A DNA stretch of 64,000 nt from Podarcis bocagei (lineage: Eukaryota), in NCBI GenBank assembly GCA_964188305.1, contig OZ076901.1. One strand, written 5' to 3'. Under the pieces are notes generated by a model, which worked only from the letters and a program-made list of their open reading frames with translations, was not told where the DNA came from and made no database searches. The position numbers and the translations under genes were made by a program. Shown piece by piece: positions 13,180 to 24,729 of this stretch (its first letter is position 1; every line of letters begins with the position of its first letter).

Positions 13180-13963
13180 AGAAAGCCACTCCCGACATCG
13201 GGGGGGTGGGTGGGTTGCGGGCTCACGCCCACTAACATCCGCGCGGGGCAGGCTGCAGCCCCGTGCGATCAGGGGAATCCTCGGGCCGCATCATACCCTG
13301 GGCCAGCCAATCGGCTGGCTGCAGGGGCGGAGCTAGCTGGGGTCATTTAAGGACGGCGCGGCCCGAGAACCCCCCTTTTCCTCTTCATTTCAGCTGCGGT
13401 TTCCCACCCACCCTCCCTCTAGGTTTCCCTCTGACTTTGCTATGGACCTCGGTTGGTCACCGCAAGGGGCCTGGTAGGAGTTTTTCCACTTAGCTAATTG
13501 GCATTGTTTTTTAAAGCCATTTGGTTTTTCTGCCTACCTCGTAGCAAAGCGTCACAACTCCTTGGTTTTGGCGGTTAGGCATTGGTAGGGGTATTATTAT
13601 GCTGATGAGTCGGGGAGGGAGGAGCGCCATCACCTCCCCCAAATATTTAGGGGTAGTCCGATAAAGGATTCCGGGGGGCGTTGCCTCGTCCGAAACCTAT
13701 GGAGGCTAGGGCCTAAAGCGTGCTCCCGAGTGGTGACCCCTCGGGGAGCGCCTAGGGATGTGCATCTCAGGGGCTCCCCCTGTTGGTGTTAACCCCTTCC
13801 GGTTTTATCCTGCATAGTCTGATAGGACCAATGCCTAAAGCCAATACTGCTCTTACCTGTAACCAATAAAGTTGTGGCCATTTGTTGCCCATTAACCTTA
13901 AATTCTGGTGTCCAGTGTCTTTATTTTATTCCAACTGGTGGGGGACGGGAATCACCATGCAAC
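13180..13963 (+). mobile_element. CpG-rich LTR-like or DIRS/Ngaro-like retroelement remnant
   Basis: CCAAT (~13307), TATA-like catttaag (~13344), AATAAA at 13865 followed by gttgtggcc and a GT-rich tract; high CpG against an AT-rich background; no clear TSD. Confidence 0.55.
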
Positions 13964-14211
13964 AGCTGAAAACAAAAGACAGCAATTTAATACACTGCTG
14001 AAAATGGTGCAAGACCTCTTAAGAAAGACAGACAGAAAGAAAATTCCTTGAATTTGGAGCAAGGAGAGTTTTAACTGTAGTTTCAGAGGTATACCATGTT
14101 TGGAAAACGTTTCATGTTGCAAATCCAAAAGCAGGTAATTGGTTGTAACAAATGCTCATGAGGCCAAAGTTAGGGCTCTTGGAAGTGACCTCTTCTTTCT
14201 TTCTTTTTCAG

Positions 14212-14315
14212 GGTTTCTACAGAGCTACGATACAGGAAACAGCCATGGGGGCTGGTGAAATCTTTCATTGAGAAGAACTTCTGGAGTGGCCTAGATGATT
14301 ATTTCCGCCATTTAG
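14212..14315 (+). CDS. GRAMD1B: GRAMD1B exon VSTELRYRKQPWGLVKSFIEKNFWSGLDDYFRHL
   Basis: ctttttcAG / GTgaga. Confidence 0.96.
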
Positions 14316-14672
14316 GTGAGATCTCGCTAGAGCAAGGGTTGCGGAATCTTTGGCCCTCCAGATGTTGTTGCAGGCCAACTCCCATCAGCTTCAGCCAGCC
14401 TGGTCCAATGATCAGAAATGATGGGAGTCATAAAACAACAGCATTTGGACTGCAGACCACAGATTCCCTGACCCTGAGGTAAAGCATCTAGTTACGTTTC
14501 CATTTGTTTGCTGTGATGGCATATGACGGAACTCCATAAAACTCAACCAATGGAGTAGATAAAACCGAGCCTTTGAAACATTTGGGATTGTCAAAAGGTT
14601 TCCTTTTAGTATTTTAGCCCTGCATGCTAATACTAAAGGTCTCCATTATTATCCTAATATTATTATATTATT

Positions 14673-14995
14673 ATACCTGAAGGAGAGTCTCCACCCCCAT
14701 CATTCATCCCAGACACTGAGGTCCAGTGCCGAGGGCCTTTTGGCGGTTCCCTCGCTGCGAGAAGTGAGGTTACAGGGAACCAGGCAGAGGGCCTTCTTGG
14801 TAGTGGCGCCTGCCCTTTGGAACACCCTCCCAGCAGCTGTCAAGGCAATAAACAACTATTTTACTTTTAAAAGACAACTGAAGGCGGTCCTGTTTAGGGA
14901 AGTTTTTAAATGCCTGATGCTGTATTGTTTTTAATATTCAGTTGAAAGCCGCCCAGAGTAACTGAGGAAACCCAGCCAGATGGGCGGGGTATAAA

Positions 14996-15048
<53 letters not shown>
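14673..15048 (+). mobile_element. L2 LINE 3' end with (TTG)n tail
   Basis: RAFLVVAPALWNTLP...TFKRQLKAVLF motif; gccgcccagag...gggcggggtataaa; (ttg)n at ~14996-15048. Confidence 0.85.
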
Positions 15049-15049
<1 letters not shown>

Positions 15050-15998
15050 ATCACCACCAGTATTATTAAAAATTGGTATACTGCAGATCTCAGGGAATTT
15101 CCAACATAAAATTACAATATAAAAACCACAAAATACATAATAAAAATAAGAACAAAAGCAAATCAATAACCCCCCCTCTCCCACAACATATTTAAAAGAG
15201 CACCAGATGTCAAACAGCCAAAGGCCTGGTTAAAGCGGAAATGTTTTCACCTGCCACCTAAAGGTGAATCTCCCTGGGGAGAGCTTTCCACAAATGGTGA
15301 ACCAATGCAGAAAAGGCCTGTTCTGATATCGCCTCCCTCTGGACCTCTCGTGTATTAATAATAGTATTGGTATTATTAAATGTATTACCCACCCTTCAGC
15401 AGCAGGTCCCAGAGCATGTTATGCTGATTTAAAATTCAGAACTAAAAACAGTTTAACAGATTACAATTGAAGAAGTAAGAGTTGGCCCCTGAAAACACAC
15501 ATCTTAGGTGTCAACGAGGTATGTTCTCATCATTCCCCAAAAGCTATATAGTGAGGGTTTGGGGCACACCTCTGCTGGGAGCGAGTTCCACAACTCAGGG
15601 GCTACCACAGAGAATGCCCTGTCCTGGGCCATCGCCACCCCAAATTTCTGAGGGAGTGAGGGGGTTTCTATGGAAGGAGGTAGTGTCTCAGATATTTGGG
15701 GACTGTGTTATTTAGAGCTTTAAACACTTTAAACACCTCAGATTGGGCCCTGAAATGAACTGGCAGTGTATATGTACAGAAAAACAGCAAATGGCAGTTC
15801 TTCGGGTTCATTATATGTAAATGTATTTCTGTCCCTTGAAGCTACTGGCTCAATGGGGTGGGGTTGGGGAGGCTGAAAACAGGTGCTGTTGTGATGATGC
15901 CTGTGCCCCTGACTGTAACCCCTGTTGTGGCTGAAGTGAAAGCGGTGCCTTCTCTCCATGACCGATACCTGCCCCCTCCCCCCGGCTTTCCCTGGCAG

Positions 15999-16202
15999 AG
16001 AGTGAACTGACCAAAACAGAGAGCACATATCTAGCCGAGCTCCATCGAGAATCCCCCAAAGTGAAGGCAAGCAAGCAATCCACAGTGCGCCGGAGGAAGC
16101 GGCCCCATACTCACCTGAGGGGGCCTCACCTGGAGGAAGTGCTGAGCCCTGTAACCACCCCCACAGACGAGGAAGCTGTAGGTCGAATCAAGCGTGTGGC
16201 AG
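15999..16202 (+). CDS. GRAMD1B: GRAMD1B exon (E)SELTKTESTYLAELHRESPKVKASKQSTVRRRKRPHTHLRGPHLEEVLSPVTTPTDEEAVGRIKRVA
   Basis: cctggcAG / GTaagg, phase 1-1. Confidence 0.95.
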
Positions 16203-16359
16203 GTAAGGAGCACCATGTGCAAATGGGGGTGTGCGGGGGGGACATGCTTAGGCTTGGGGGGACATGCTTGAGATGGACAGAGGCCCCAGATCCCTCTGAG
16301 GTAGTTTCGTTGAGGGTGTGGAATAGGGGTCCCTGAGGGGAAATGGTTTTCCTAGAGTA

Positions 16360-16714
16360 AGGTAAAGGTAAAGGGACCCCTGACCATTAGGTCCATCCGT
16401 GGCCGACTCTGGGGTCATGGCGCTCATCTTGCTTTATTGGCTGAGGGAGCTGGCGTACAGCTGCCGGATCATGTGGCCAGCATGACTAAGCCGCTTCTGG
16501 CGAACCAGAGCAGCACACAGAAACACCGTTTGCCTTCCCGCCGGAGCGGTACCTTTCTATCTACTTGCACTTTGACGTGCTTTCGAAGTGCTAGGTTGGC
16601 AGGAGCAGGGACTGAGCAATGGGAGCTCACCCCATTGCGGGGATTCGAATCACTGGCCTTCTGATCGGCAAGCCCTAGGCTCTGTGGTTTAACCCACAGC
16701 ACCACCTGCATCCC
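16360..16714 (-). mobile_element. Sauria-type SINE, full length
   Basis: (aggtaa)n tail, tRNA-like head; 13-bp TSD TTTTCCTAGAGTA (16347-16359, 16716-16728). Confidence 0.92.
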
Positions 16715-17428
16715 TTTTTCCTAGAGTAGCACTTCCCAAATTGTGGCGCAGGGTACGCGAAAGGGTTTCAAAGGGTAAATGGCAGACTTTTTCACTTGAC
16801 TGTATCATAGATGAAATAGTATTATTAAAACTACCCCGAAATTATCTTTGCCTGAGAAGGGGTACCCCAATAAGACTAAGCTCTAAAATGGGGCATGTGG
16901 TTATTGTAAGTTTGGGAAACACTGTCGTACAGCGTTGTTGATATTAAATCATAGCGTGGTTGATATGTATTTATTTTATGGAATGCATAGACCACTTGAT
17001 TGTAAGGGGGAGGGGGGAACCATGAAATAAAACTATGAAGTTATCAGTAAAAACAAAACAAAACCACACTTAAAATGGCTATTCAAAACATTTTTAAAAA
17101 ATTTAAATCAGTGAGAAGCTAAAAACAGATTTAAACAAGTCTCAGTGTTCTACATTTCTGGATAGGGACTGCCTTAAGCAAAAAATGTGTTTAGCAGGCC
17201 CCGAAAAGAGTACAGGGAAGAAGCCAGCTAGGCATCAATAGGCAGGGAGTTCCGAACTGTGGTTGCTGCCACGTCAAAATATTGATTTATTACAAATGCA
17301 GAATGAGTATTATGTGGCATCTGTAACGATGCCAGTTCTGCAGATCGAATATATGGGACATATGCTTTTGGGTGTGTTTAAGGGAAGGGACTTGACCTCT
17401 TCAGTGTAAAACGAACGCTGCTTTCCAG

Positions 17429-17519
17429 GTTCCACTCAAACACGGCATATCCCTGAGGAAAGTCCCAGCGGCTTCCACCTGCAGAGCGTCTCCAAATTGC
17501 TGCTCATTATCAGTTGTGT
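17429..17519 (+). CDS. GRAMD1B: GRAMD1B exon (G)STQTRHIPEESPSGFHLQSVSKLLLIISCV
   Basis: ctttccAG / GTaagt, phase 1-2. Confidence 0.95.
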
Positions 17520-18504
17520 GTAAGTGATTCTTCGACCTGGTTTGTCAGTTTCCTTGTTCTGTTACTGCGCTCTGTCTCTCCCTCTCTCTCCCCCTCCCTC
17601 CCTCCATTTTAGTCTGCAGTCTAGTAGGATTATAATAGTGTTAAGATTTTTATTTTTTATTTTTTGGTAAATTGATCCCTCCCACCCAGATTTTGAGGTA
17701 TCCCAAGTCCATTCCCCTCACCCTGAATCAGGTCCGCATTCCTGGGGATCCTAGGAGGTGTTTTGGTATTAATAGATGCTGAAGAGGGAGTGGTTGTTTA
17801 TGTGGGCAGGGGAAGAGCTGGGGCAGGGCAGATGGGGAGGGAGAGAAAGCCAAGAAGCAGCTGTGGAGAGGATTGCAGAATGAACTGCTTCTTTGCCAAG
17901 TATCAATTGGGGAAAGACCCAGCATGTTTGGGAAAGAGGAATTCAAGGATTGAGAGGGTTCAGGCTTCTGCGGAGCTTGCTTATGGTTGGTGATGTGATT
18001 GTGTGCCCCCCTCCTCCTCTCCAGAGAAAAATGCTGTGGCCCGTTTTTGCACAGGAAGCAGAGGAGTATAACTCTGCAACACATAAGCATTTAAAGTTGT
18101 TGTGACGATAATATGCTTTGCTCTGTGGCGTTTCCTGTTTTTTGTTAAGTTTGGGGACCTTTTAGCCACAGACTGGTCCAACTTTGGAGGCAATAAGTTG
18201 TACCAGCTGAATTACAAGCAAGGGAAACCCCACCATCCATCACCTCCCAAGCTTCAAATTCACCCATCCAGCATTTTAAAATGCTGCACCTGTTGGTTGG
18301 TCTGGAAGAATGTTTACATTCTTTTTTAAGCAGAACTGTGTTTTTTTAATAAAATAAAATAATGCCAGATAAATTGAACTCTACAGAGTTTTGGAATGAC
18401 TTGACCATTTGCTGAATAAGACTCTGAATGAACACACACAAATGTGTGAATCTAGGAACTCATCTGCACCATACATTTAAAGCAGTGTCCTACCACATTA
18501 GAAT

Positions 18505-19130
18505 GAATCTTTATTTGCGTCAGCCATCGGCCATAGCAATAAAACAACAATACAATATACAAAGAATAGAAATAAAAGGTCAGTTTTATAAAATACATTT
18601 TGGGGTTTTGAATCAATAGTTAATGGTGGATCTTATTCTGATTGCCCCAGCTAAAAACCTTGCAACCTTTGCTGTCACCTGCTTATCTTGATCTGCCAAG
18701 ACAAAGGACACTGTGGCAGTGGTTGGGTGACCCGGAATGGACAATAAAAGAGGGGTGATAACCTCATTCCTCAAGTCTTTATAAAGAGTGCAAGCCCAAA
18801 GGGCATGCACCACCGATTTGAGACTGCCATCTCCATAGGGACATAAGCATTTTTCTTGTGGAATCTGTTAGAATCGTCCCTCAAGTACAACCAAGGGCAA
18901 TACATTCAATCTTGTGAGCGTAAAAGCACATCTATATTTTAGAATTGCTAGGTTATGCAGATAGGTTGCCAGAGAGTTGAAATGGGAAGATGGAAAATAG
19001 TCATACCATGGGCAAAATTTCCTTATTGTGGCCAAGTTGTTCTGATGCTCAATATCATTTAGGCATCAACAAATTAGACTGTTTGCTTTCCTAAAACCCA
19101 AAGTGAGTAGCTGTTGTGGCGATAAACTAC
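18505..19130 (-). mobile_element. Non-LTR LINE ORF2 C-terminal fragment (possibly RTE-X-like), inserted in an older MITE
   Basis: Minus strand AFTLTRLNVLP...LEGRF*...CLCPYGDGSLKSVVHALWAC zinc-knuckle-like motif; flanks 18465-18500 and 19170-19345 resemble the MITE at 11733. Confidence 0.6.
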
Positions 19131-19369
19131 AAGAGTGAAGTTTTTGATAGACAATTTTAGTCCAGGCACTCTTAATTTTTTGTGGCTTCCTCCAAACAAT
19201 CCTGGGAACTGTAGTTCAAAGACCCCTACCTCTACTCTCCTCCTGCAGCTACAATTTCCAGAGTGGCCTAACTATCAACCCCTCTTTAAAGAGATAATTG
19301 GGAATTGTAGCTCTGGGAAGGGAATCGAGACCCCCTAATAACTCACAGTGCCCTTAAAAAATGACAGCT

Positions 19370-19690
19370 CCCAAGGAGTAATAGTACCACTCTTATTCTG
19401 CCTTGGTCAGACCACACCTGGAATACTGTGTCCAGTTCTTGTTGCCACCATTTAAGAGGGATGTTGACAAAGTGGAATGAGTGCAGAAGAAGGCAACGAA
19501 GATGGTCAGGGGTCTGGAAACTAAGCCTTATGAGGAACAGTTGAGGGAGCTGGTTATGTTTTGCCTGGAAAAGGAGACTGAAAGGAGATATGATAGCCAT
19601 CTTCAAATATCTCAAGAGTTGTCACATGGGAGATGGAGCAAGCTTGTTTTCTCCTGCTCTGGTAGATAGGTCTCAAACCAATGGCTAGCT
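19370..19690 (+). mobile_element. CR1 LINE fragment
   Basis: [17 protein letters not shown]...ATKMVRGLETKPYEEQLREL motifs. Confidence 0.85.
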
Positions 19691-19742
19691 GAAAGTCTAG
19701 CAACAAGACTAATTTGACTGGTATGCCGTACAGCCTTAGGTA

Positions 19743-20077
19743 CAGTGGTGCCCCGCAAGACGAATGCCTCGCAAGACGAAAAACCCGCTAGACGAAAGGG
19801 TTTTCCGTTTTTTGATGCGCTTCGCAAGACGAATTTCCCTATGGGCTTGCTTCGCAAAATGAAAAAGTCTTGCAAGTCTTGCGATTTTTTTCGCCCCCCC
19901 CTTTTTCTAAGCCGCTAAGCCGCTAATAGCCTTTTAGCCGCTAAGCTTTTAATAGCCGCTAAACCGCTAATAGCGCTAATCCGCTGAGCCGCTAATAGGG
20001 TTGCTTCGCAAGACGAAAAAACCGCTAGACGAAGAGACTCGCGGAACGGATTAATTTCGTCTTGCGAGGCACCACTG
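19743..20077. mobile_element. Tc1/mariner-type MITE, family B, with internal (GCCGCTAA)n repeat
   Basis: TIRs cagtggtgcc...ggcaccactg, TA TSD, repeated cgcaagacgaa motifs; inverted homologue at 63088-63411. Confidence 0.9.
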
Positions 20078-21123
20078 TACTTTGTTTGGTTCAGTTGCAG
20101 GCTGTCTCTACAAGCTGATGTCTCAAACAGTGCCACCTGCTGGTGGAAATCACAACCATCAGAGGCTCTGCCATCTAAGTCCACATACATAGCCTTGGGG
20201 GGGGGGGCAGGTTCTGCAAATGAGATAAATCAGATATATATCCTTAACTTGCATACCAGGTTTTGATTGACACAAAGGCTTTGTTTCTGTACGTGCAAGC
20301 GGTTGTTGTTTACTGGTTCTGTTTGTTTTTGTTTTTTTATGGTGCTCAGGAATTGGGCAAGAGAGTATTTATTTTCATTTACCTATTATCTTTCTACCCC
20401 ACCTTTTCTCCCAAGGGGCTCATGGTGAAGGCATACATGGTTCCCCCTTGCATTTTATCCACACAACAGCCCCATGAGGTAGGCTAGGCTAAGAGTGTGG
20501 CCCAAGGAAACCCAATGAGCTTCGTGACTTTAGTATAGATTCAAATGCTGGTCTCTCCCAGGTCCCTGTTCCAACATGCTAGCTACTACGACACATGGAA
20601 ACCATGTCCTTGTTGTTGAAGGGTAGACCAGTGACCATGCAGGGGAAAGGGTCCTTAGGCTCCTGGATAGCAGCCGGAAACTGCTCCTCAAAGATGTCTT
20701 AGTCTCACCCTTGCCCCCTCTTGTAAAAAGACCCCCTTCCCCACTCCACGTGCCTAGTTTTTCTTCTCATTTTGCATCAACTCCCCAAGGAACTCTGTGG
20801 TTTTGCCTCTTGACACTGAGTGCTGGTTACATCCTGCCTTTGCTATCCTAAGCTTCTCAGGATTTGGAGTTAGCCGTGCCCTCTGGTACATGGCATGACG
20901 AGTGCTGTGCACCTCCCTGCCCCTTGCCCCACTGCCGCATCACCAATGTTGGGTGTCTTCTTCTTCTCTCCTCTTCGCATGCTCTGCAACCCCTCTCCCC
21001 AATATGTGTCTGTTCTGTGTCCTTTAGAAGAACTACCCCCCCTTGCGGTTTTCTCCTCTCTCAACTCTAGTTGTGTTTCTAACCTTCGCCTCCTCCATCT
21101 TTTCTCTTCCCTGCTCCCATTAG

Positions 21124-21135
21124 GATTTGTTTCAG
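21124..21135 (+). CDS. GRAMD1B: GRAMD1B 12-nt microexon (V)ICF(S)
   Basis: cattAG|GATTTGTTTCAG|GTaccg, phase 2-2; gives ISCVICFSLVLLVIL, matching GRAMD1B as I recall it; branch point tctaac 21078-21083. Confidence 0.9.
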
Positions 21136-22037
21136 GTACCGTCTCCTCCTACTTCTTCTTCACCTTGATTTCCTCTCACCTGTCTCCTTCCTCCTCCCAG
21201 CCTGCTGGACTTTTGCTTTTTTTTTTTTAACGCTGTCTGTCTGTTTGATCTCTGCTCAGATCCTCCTGGGCTGTGCTTCTTTCTCTTCCCTTTTCCGTGT
21301 CATTTTGTTGCTGCTCCCCAAAACTTAACAAAGAAGCCCTCTTTTCCATTCAGCTCTCAGGTGAGGGTGGCTCTAGCTGTGCTGCGTTATTTCTGTCCTG
21401 CTTTAGAAAGCTCGTGCAGCTTTCTCCACCTGGGCTGAAAGATGCCTCCAGAAGATGAGACGAGGGGGCAGCAAAAGAGGAGGGGGGCCTCCTTTTCTGG
21501 CTCCTGATCCATCTGATCAGTTTCAGAAAGGAGGGTGGAGGGGAGCAAGTCACTCCAACAAGGGGGCAGGTTCAGCCCAGGGACTCTTGACTTGCCGAGC
21601 TCCCAATACTGTTATGCATGTTGTGTCAGAAGGGTGGGGACTGTGGGCTCAGCATCTCCTACAAGGTGGGCTTATCCTCACCTTGCCCCCAAATCTGCTT
21701 TACCCACAAAGGCTCAAGGTGGCTTACAATAAATGCTGGGGTGTCAGGCAGACTAGATGTTTCTATAGTAAGTGAATACTTTGAAGCTCTTCTGCTCAGG
21801 GTGTTGAAACTGGGGCATGTCTGATCATGAATAAGATCTCCACAGTGCATCCATAGAATGGGTTCAGCATGCACAAATGCACAGGGCTTCATTTCATCAC
21901 ATAAAAAGGACAGTGCGTATCTGTCTGAGGCTTTTCAGAAAAGGGGTCCTCCTGGTTGTTGGGGCTTTGTGTGTGAGTTGGAAGAAGGGCCCCAGTCCAG
22001 GTTGCATGTATTTCATTTTTCTTCTTTCCCTCTCCAG

Positions 22038-22145
22038 CCTGGTGCTTTTGGTAATCCTCAACATGATGCTGTTCTACAAACTCTGGATGTTGGAATACAC
22101 TACTCAAACCCTCACAGCATGGCAGGGTCTACGGTTACAGGAAAG
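22038..22145 (+). CDS. GRAMD1B: GRAMD1B exon, TM helix LVLLVILNMMLFYKLWMLEYTTQTLTAWQGLRLQER
   Basis: tctccAG / GTaaca. Confidence 0.97.
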
Positions 22146-22164
22146 GTAACACACCCTACAAGCA

Positions 22165-22784
22165 AAATTTCTTTTTTCTTTTTATAATAATTTTTATTAA
22201 TTTTAACATATAAATTATAATCCATACCTCAAAACTTCACCACTTATACAATCTTTTTTTGGACTTCCATCAGCACCTCTGATCATCCCCCGTTTTAACC
22301 ACTTCTTGTGCATTTCTTAAATTCATATTGCCTTTAATTATCTTAACTAACCATCCTCCCCTTTATCTATTTTTGCAATAGTTCCAATAATTCACCTCAC
22401 AAAACTTCTTGCAAACCTACAAATGTAGTCTGATCATCACAATTACTTTTCAAATAATCTGTAAATTTACACCAGTCTTCTGTGAATTTCTGCTCCCGCA
22501 GATTTCGAATCCTTCCTGTTGATTTATCTAGTTCTGCATAGTCCATTAATTTCATTCTCCATTCTTCTTTCATCGGTAATTCTTCTTGCTTCCATTTTTG
22601 TGCCAATAATATTCTTGCTGCCGTTGTTGCATATAAAAACAGCTTGCATTCTTTTCTATTTATATCACTTCCTACGATGCCCAGTAAAAATGCTTCTGGT
22701 TTCTTTATAAATGTATATGTCAACATTTTTTTCATCTCATTATATATCATTTCCCAGAAGCTTTTCACTTTTTTACATTCCCAC
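22165..22784 (-). mobile_element. L1/Tx1-type LINE 3' fragment
   Basis: ORF2 C-terminus FWEMIY...AARILLAQKWK...EEW; T-rich tail at 22168-22200; ~11-bp TSD CCCTACRAGCA (22154-22164, 22785-22795). Confidence 0.85.
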
Positions 22785-22887
22785 CCCTACGAGCACCCCT
22801 CTTGTGGCCAAACCACCATCGAAACCCAATAATATAAAAAATATGCACTGCCTTCCAGGGCTCATCTTTCCTTCTCTGCCCTGACAG

Positions 22888-23005
22888 GTTACCCCAGTCC
22901 CAGACTGAATGGGCCCAGTTATTAGAGTCCCAGCAGAAGTATCATGACACAGAGCTTCAGAAGTGGCGGGAGATCATCAAATCATCCGTGATTCTCCTAG
23001 ATCAG
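22888..23005 (+). CDS. GRAMD1B: GRAMD1B exon LPQSQTEWAQLLESQQKYHDTELQKWREIIKSSVILLDQ
   Basis: ctgacAG / GTgaga; missed by ORF track. Confidence 0.97.
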
Positions 23006-23883
23006 GTGAGAACTTGCTTCTAGAACCCTGGTATGGATGTGACTGACCTTTTCCCCTGCATAACACCAATTGAAATCACAAACCATTTTCCAGAGGCACA
23101 GGGGGATAATTACTCATGGAAGGGAGATTTGAACAGAAAATAAAATGCTCCAGAATCAAGAAGATGGGAAATCATTATTTTTGAACTTCAGTTAACTTGG
23201 CTGCTGATCTTGAAGCACAGATTTCCCTTCACCCTCCCCAAGAGAACCTTGCACACTTTTTTAAACCGAAAGTGCTATCCCGGGGCTTCTAGCTTTTGCC
23301 TTGGGGGTTGTTAATTGCATATCCTTTCTCCAGCAAATTAGAATACATTTGTGTGGCTGCAGACTCCCCCCCCCCCCGGGCACCCATATGTCTTTCTGTG
23401 TGCTGTAACTTAATGGTGAAGTGTTACTCCGCTCGCGCACTAAATGCACATAGCCAGTGGCTCTGATCCACCAATTTGCTTTCTCTGTGTGTAGAGCATA
23501 TCCCAGTGTGTGGTGACTTGGAGAGCCATATAAAGGCATCATTCACCTCAGAGCAATCAGCAAACAGATGTTCAGCCATCATGCTGGACGCATGTGAGAT
23601 GACTGGACCCATGTGCGTGCGTGAGGGAGACAGCTATTGTTTTTAAGACAACTAAACTGTGTAGTACCCTCACTTGGCAAGCTATAAGGAAATGGGGTCT
23701 TGCCATCAGGAAAGGAAAGCCCTCGGAAAAGTGGGCACTTCAGGGAACCTCTGCCTACAGAGCTACGTCAGCTGCAGGAGCTATTCAATTTCAGTTGCAT
23801 CTCCCTTTGCTTGTGTGGCGTTTCCTCCATTAAAATGAACAGGGAAGTCTATATATGCAAGTATTTATTTATTTATTTATTTA

Positions 23884-23933
23884 TACATACATACATACAT
23901 ACATACATACATACATACATAGATACATACATA
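23884..23933. repeat. (TACA)n microsatellite
   Basis: Visible tetranucleotide run, preceded by (TATT)n. Confidence 0.9.
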
Positions 23934-24116
23934 CCCCACTTTTCCCCAGAACCGGGACCTGAGGCAGCTTGTGAAAATTAAAACGGAATGCTAAAAAATC
24001 ATGCAAAAGATGATAGTTAGAAAGTAACTGAACTATAATTGAATTAAAACAATGTCAAAAGCAAATCTGTTAAAATATGGATTGCAAAAACAGCACAGCA
24101 GTATTTGAAAGCTTCC

Positions 24117-24701
24117 TGTCAGGGGTTTAGGAGCAGAGGCACGGGCAAGGGAGGAGACAGAGAGCGAAGGGGAGGAGGCAGAAGAAAAGATGAGTGATGA
24201 CGACGACCCGAGATCTCCCAGTCTTTCCAGTGAATCAGAGGATTCACAGAAAGGAGCACCAGTGGCCAGGGCAAGGGGGGAGTCTAGGGGGGCACCCCAG
24301 GAAGATAGAGCCAGAGGGGACTCAGGGGGGAGCAGCTGGAAATTGGGACCAGCGTCACCGCCAGGAAGCAGGGAAGAGTAAGGGAACCAGGTCCTAAAGC
24401 CCGGCGCAAGGAGGCAGGAGGGTCCGGGTCAGCGTCAGAAGAATCCCGGAAGGAAGAAGCCCCGGGGGGTAGAGGGACCCAGAGGAGGACAGTCAGGCGG
24501 AAAAGGTGGAGCAAGGCTAGGATATTAAGTTGGTGCACACGGGGCGGAGACTCAGACGGAGCTTCGCCGATCTAGCTACTAGACGTAGAGTTTGCGCGCA
24601 GCAGCGTGAGAATGGAAACTGTAATTCAATAAAGACTTTTACTTAATGATCGCTGGCTAGCGTGATCCTCTGTGAGCTAGGATCTTCAAGCAGCTCTGAC
24701 A
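24117..24701 (+). mobile_element. Solo LTR (585 bp)
   Basis: TGTCAG...CTGACA termini, perfect 5-bp TSD CTTCC (24112-24116, 24702-24706), AATAAA at 24628, CpG-rich. Confidence 0.9.
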
Positions 24702-24729
24702 CTTCCCTTCCCATTTTTTGGTCTTGCAG

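Noticed and set aside
14906-15184. Poly-Asn ORFs (also 56919-57146)
   Set aside because: Translations of (TTG)n and (ATT)n L2 tails
17700-18100. Purine-rich ORFs after the exon at 17429-17519 as an extra exon
   Set aside because: No similarity to GRAMD1B and no good splice-site pair; the protein is already continuous without it
19743-20077. Regularly repeated cgcaagacgaa / gccgctaa motifs, superficially CRISPR-like
   Set aside because: Internal repeats of a TA-flanked TIR MITE in a vertebrate intron; no unique spacers or cas genes
24190-24538. Acidic/Ser-rich ORF MSDDDDPRSPSLSSESEDSQ as a possible alternative GRAMD1B exon
   Set aside because: Lies inside the solo LTR; purine-rich composition explains it; no convincing acceptor
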